Sequence record: OR437326.1
Reading direction: 5' to 3' (one strand)
Origin: Escherichia phage iGC_PHA_EC001
DNA length: 64,000 nt
Part shown: piece after piece, positions 62,647 through 64,000 of the stretch
Layout of the letters: the number at the start of each line of letters is the position of its first letter
Numbering within the stretch: position 1 is the first letter of the stretch
Translations under genes and position numbers: made by a program
The notes under the pieces: model-generated
What the model saw: the letters and a program-made list of their open reading frames with translations, nothing else
The model's database searches: none
What the model was told of the DNA's origin: nothing

Positions 62647-64000
62647 ATGTCAACTACAATTACTAATTTACCCGAAACATCAAAAGTTAATGATTCTGAT
62701 TACCTGGTTTTAGACCAACCTGATAAGACTGTTAAAAGCACAGTTTCCAACTTTCTTACTGACACTGGGGTGGTTTTAGCCACCCAGTTGAAAGATACAG
62801 ATGGAGCAGATTTAATACAATCCTCAAATGGTAATACTGTTCAGGAAGAGTTGAATAACAATCTTCTTAATGATCGTGAACAGTGGCGTCGTAGTCTTGC
62901 CGAGGCTGGGTTAACTCTTGTTGATGGTAGTTTTGAAGAAGGGGCTACAGTGGGCAGTGTAACTGATGCTGTCTGGTACATAGCGGGTGCTCAGTGCTAC
63001 ACATGGGGGTCTGGTTTCCCTAAAGATGTACCACCTAAATCAACCCCGACATCAACCGGTGGAGTAGGTGTAGGGGCGTGGATATCAGTTGGGGATGCAT
63101 CGCTGCGCAGCCAGCTACACAGCCCATCGCTACCAGGAACATCGCTAATCAAACACTCTGACGGCAAGACTGTTCAGCAGGAACTCAACAGCATTCTTTC
63201 CGTCCATTCGCGCGTTTTCAGCGTTGATGACCCGCAGTTTGCTGGCGGTGCAAAAGGTGACAGCAACGGCACGGCAGGTAATGGTACAGACGATACGGCA
63301 GCTATTTATGCTTGCTTCCAGGCTGCAATTGCTGCTGGTGGTGGGAAGATTGTCTTCTCCCCTGGTAAGATATATCGGACGACATACACCGTCTTATACG
63401 GCAGCAACATGGTTATCGATATGCAGGGAGCGTCAATTTTCTTTGATGTCAAGCCGAATGACGGCTCTGTGTTCATGCCAGACTCCTTCCAGTCTTACAC
63501 CAAATTCACGACCGATGTGATTTTTATGAACGGCCAGATTAACGGCAGAACCGGTGCCGGTAACGGTATCGGTGCTAACCGTGCTCGCCGCCTCACATTG
63601 TTTAACATTGGTAGTAAATATCTACATTGGCACCTGTTTGACGGTGCTGGCGCACAGCAGGTTAAAATCATTAATTGCTGGTGTGAGGGGACTAACTCTA
63701 CTCCTTTCCAGGTTGATAACGCCACTTATGATAAGGCATCGTGGGGTATAGACGCATCGGGAAATGTACTTCCCATATCATTCGACGCAACAGGGGTCGG
63801 AGGATGGTCTAACTGTCGTGACGTGCTGATTATGGGATGCACTGTAAGGAATGCCCTTTATTCATGTGTGCATATTCATAATACCAATAACCAAAATATT
63901 CAGGTTATTAACTGTCATTTTGAAAATTCTAAGGCAGGTGTCTTTGCAGATAACAACGCAACATTTATAACCACTAATACATTAATTCAGGGGTGTACCT
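62647..64000 (+). CDS. tailspike/tail fibre protein with pectate-lyase-like beta-helix (partial, runs off window end)
   Basis: RBS ATAGGAGTAAAA; frame open from 62647 to window end; NGTAGNGTDDTAAIYACFQAAIAAGGGKIVF resembles pectin-lyase-fold tailspike motif. Confidence 0.6.
   Translation, partial: MSTTITNLPETSKVNDSDYLVLDQPDKTVKSTVSNFLTDTGVVLATQLKDTDGADLIQSSNGNTVQEELNNNLLNDREQWRRSLAEAGLTLVDGSFEEGATVGSVTDAVWYIAGAQCYTWGSGFPKDVPPKSTPTSTGGVGVGAWISVGDASLRSQLHSPSLPGTSLIKHSDGKTVQQELNSILSVHSRVFSVDDPQFAGGAKGDSNGTAGNGTDDTAAIYACFQAAIAAGGGKIVFSPGKIYRTTYTVLYGSNMVIDMQGASIFFDVKPNDGSVFMPDSFQSYTKFTTDVIFMNGQINGRTGAGNGIGANRARRLTLFNIGSKYLHWHLFDGAGAQQVKIINCWCEGTNSTPFQVDNATYDKASWGIDASGNVLPISFDATGVGGWSNCRDVLIMGCTVRNALYSCVHIHNTNNQNIQVINCHFENSKAGVFADNNATFITTNTLIQGCT

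Noticed and set aside
1-64000. CRISPR arrays, integrase/attachment sites or transposase-type mobile elements
   Set aside because: No regularly spaced direct repeats with unique spacers and no integrase- or transposase-like ORFs were seen; the only repeat families are terminator hairpins, promoter copies and the GTAC array
1-64000. Assignment of the window to coliphage T5 (tRNA cluster, nrdAB, Sir2-like, PhoH, Ser/Thr phosphatase and FEN are T5-like in flavour)
   Set aside because: The structural module does not fit T5: there is a sheath/tube pair for a contractile tail, a 662-aa rather than about 1200-aa tape measure, and a lambda-E-like 333-aa capsid protein; the phage is therefore left unassigned

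Overview
This 64 kb window reads as part of a large virulent tailed-phage genome (contractile-tail type: sheath, tube and baseplate genes present), not a bacterial chromosome. Everything here is from reading the sequence and the ORF track; no database searches were run. Layout: (i) 81-34444, a dense leftward (minus-strand) block of early/middle genes with RBS-supported, often overlapping starts. It includes class Ia ribonucleotide reductase nrdA/nrdB with a free-standing homing-endonuclease-like gene between them, ThyX-like thymidylate synthase, HAD 5'-nucleotidase, PhoH, T4-type lysozyme, glutaredoxin, RdgC-like protein, DnaQ-like and FEN-like exonucleases, an ATP-dependent ligase, an RNA-repair cassette (Rnl1-like RNA ligase, polynucleotide kinase, metallophosphoesterase), Sir2-like protein, PP-lambda-like phosphatase, HslV-like peptidase, two small methyltransferase-like proteins, and an rmlC-rmlD pair (dTDP-rhamnose pathway). 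(ii) 34445-34923, an AT-rich strand-switch region with GTAC-containing repeats and palindromes. (iii) 35660-37960, a plus-strand tRNA cluster with 12 reasonably canonical tRNAs, two aberrant tRNA-like elements, repeated sigma70-like promoters and non-tRNA spacers. (iv) 38027-64000, a rightward morphogenesis module: spanin pair, large terminase interrupted by a mini-intein in its P-loop, portal, scaffold, decoration and lambda-E-like major capsid proteins, sheath, tube, chaperone pair with a -1 frameshift site, tape measure, baseplate/spike proteins and a beta-helix tailspike that runs off the window. The strongest candidates for something new are the rmlC-rmlD-grx operon, the RNA-repair cassette, the intein-split terminase, the left-end island (Sir2-like, NTase-fold protein, truncated C5-methyltransferase-like protein, three paralogous small proteins ending in W-x-SSS-C) and the repeat-rich strand-switch region. 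Functional calls rest on motif recognition by eye and need HMM/BLAST confirmation.
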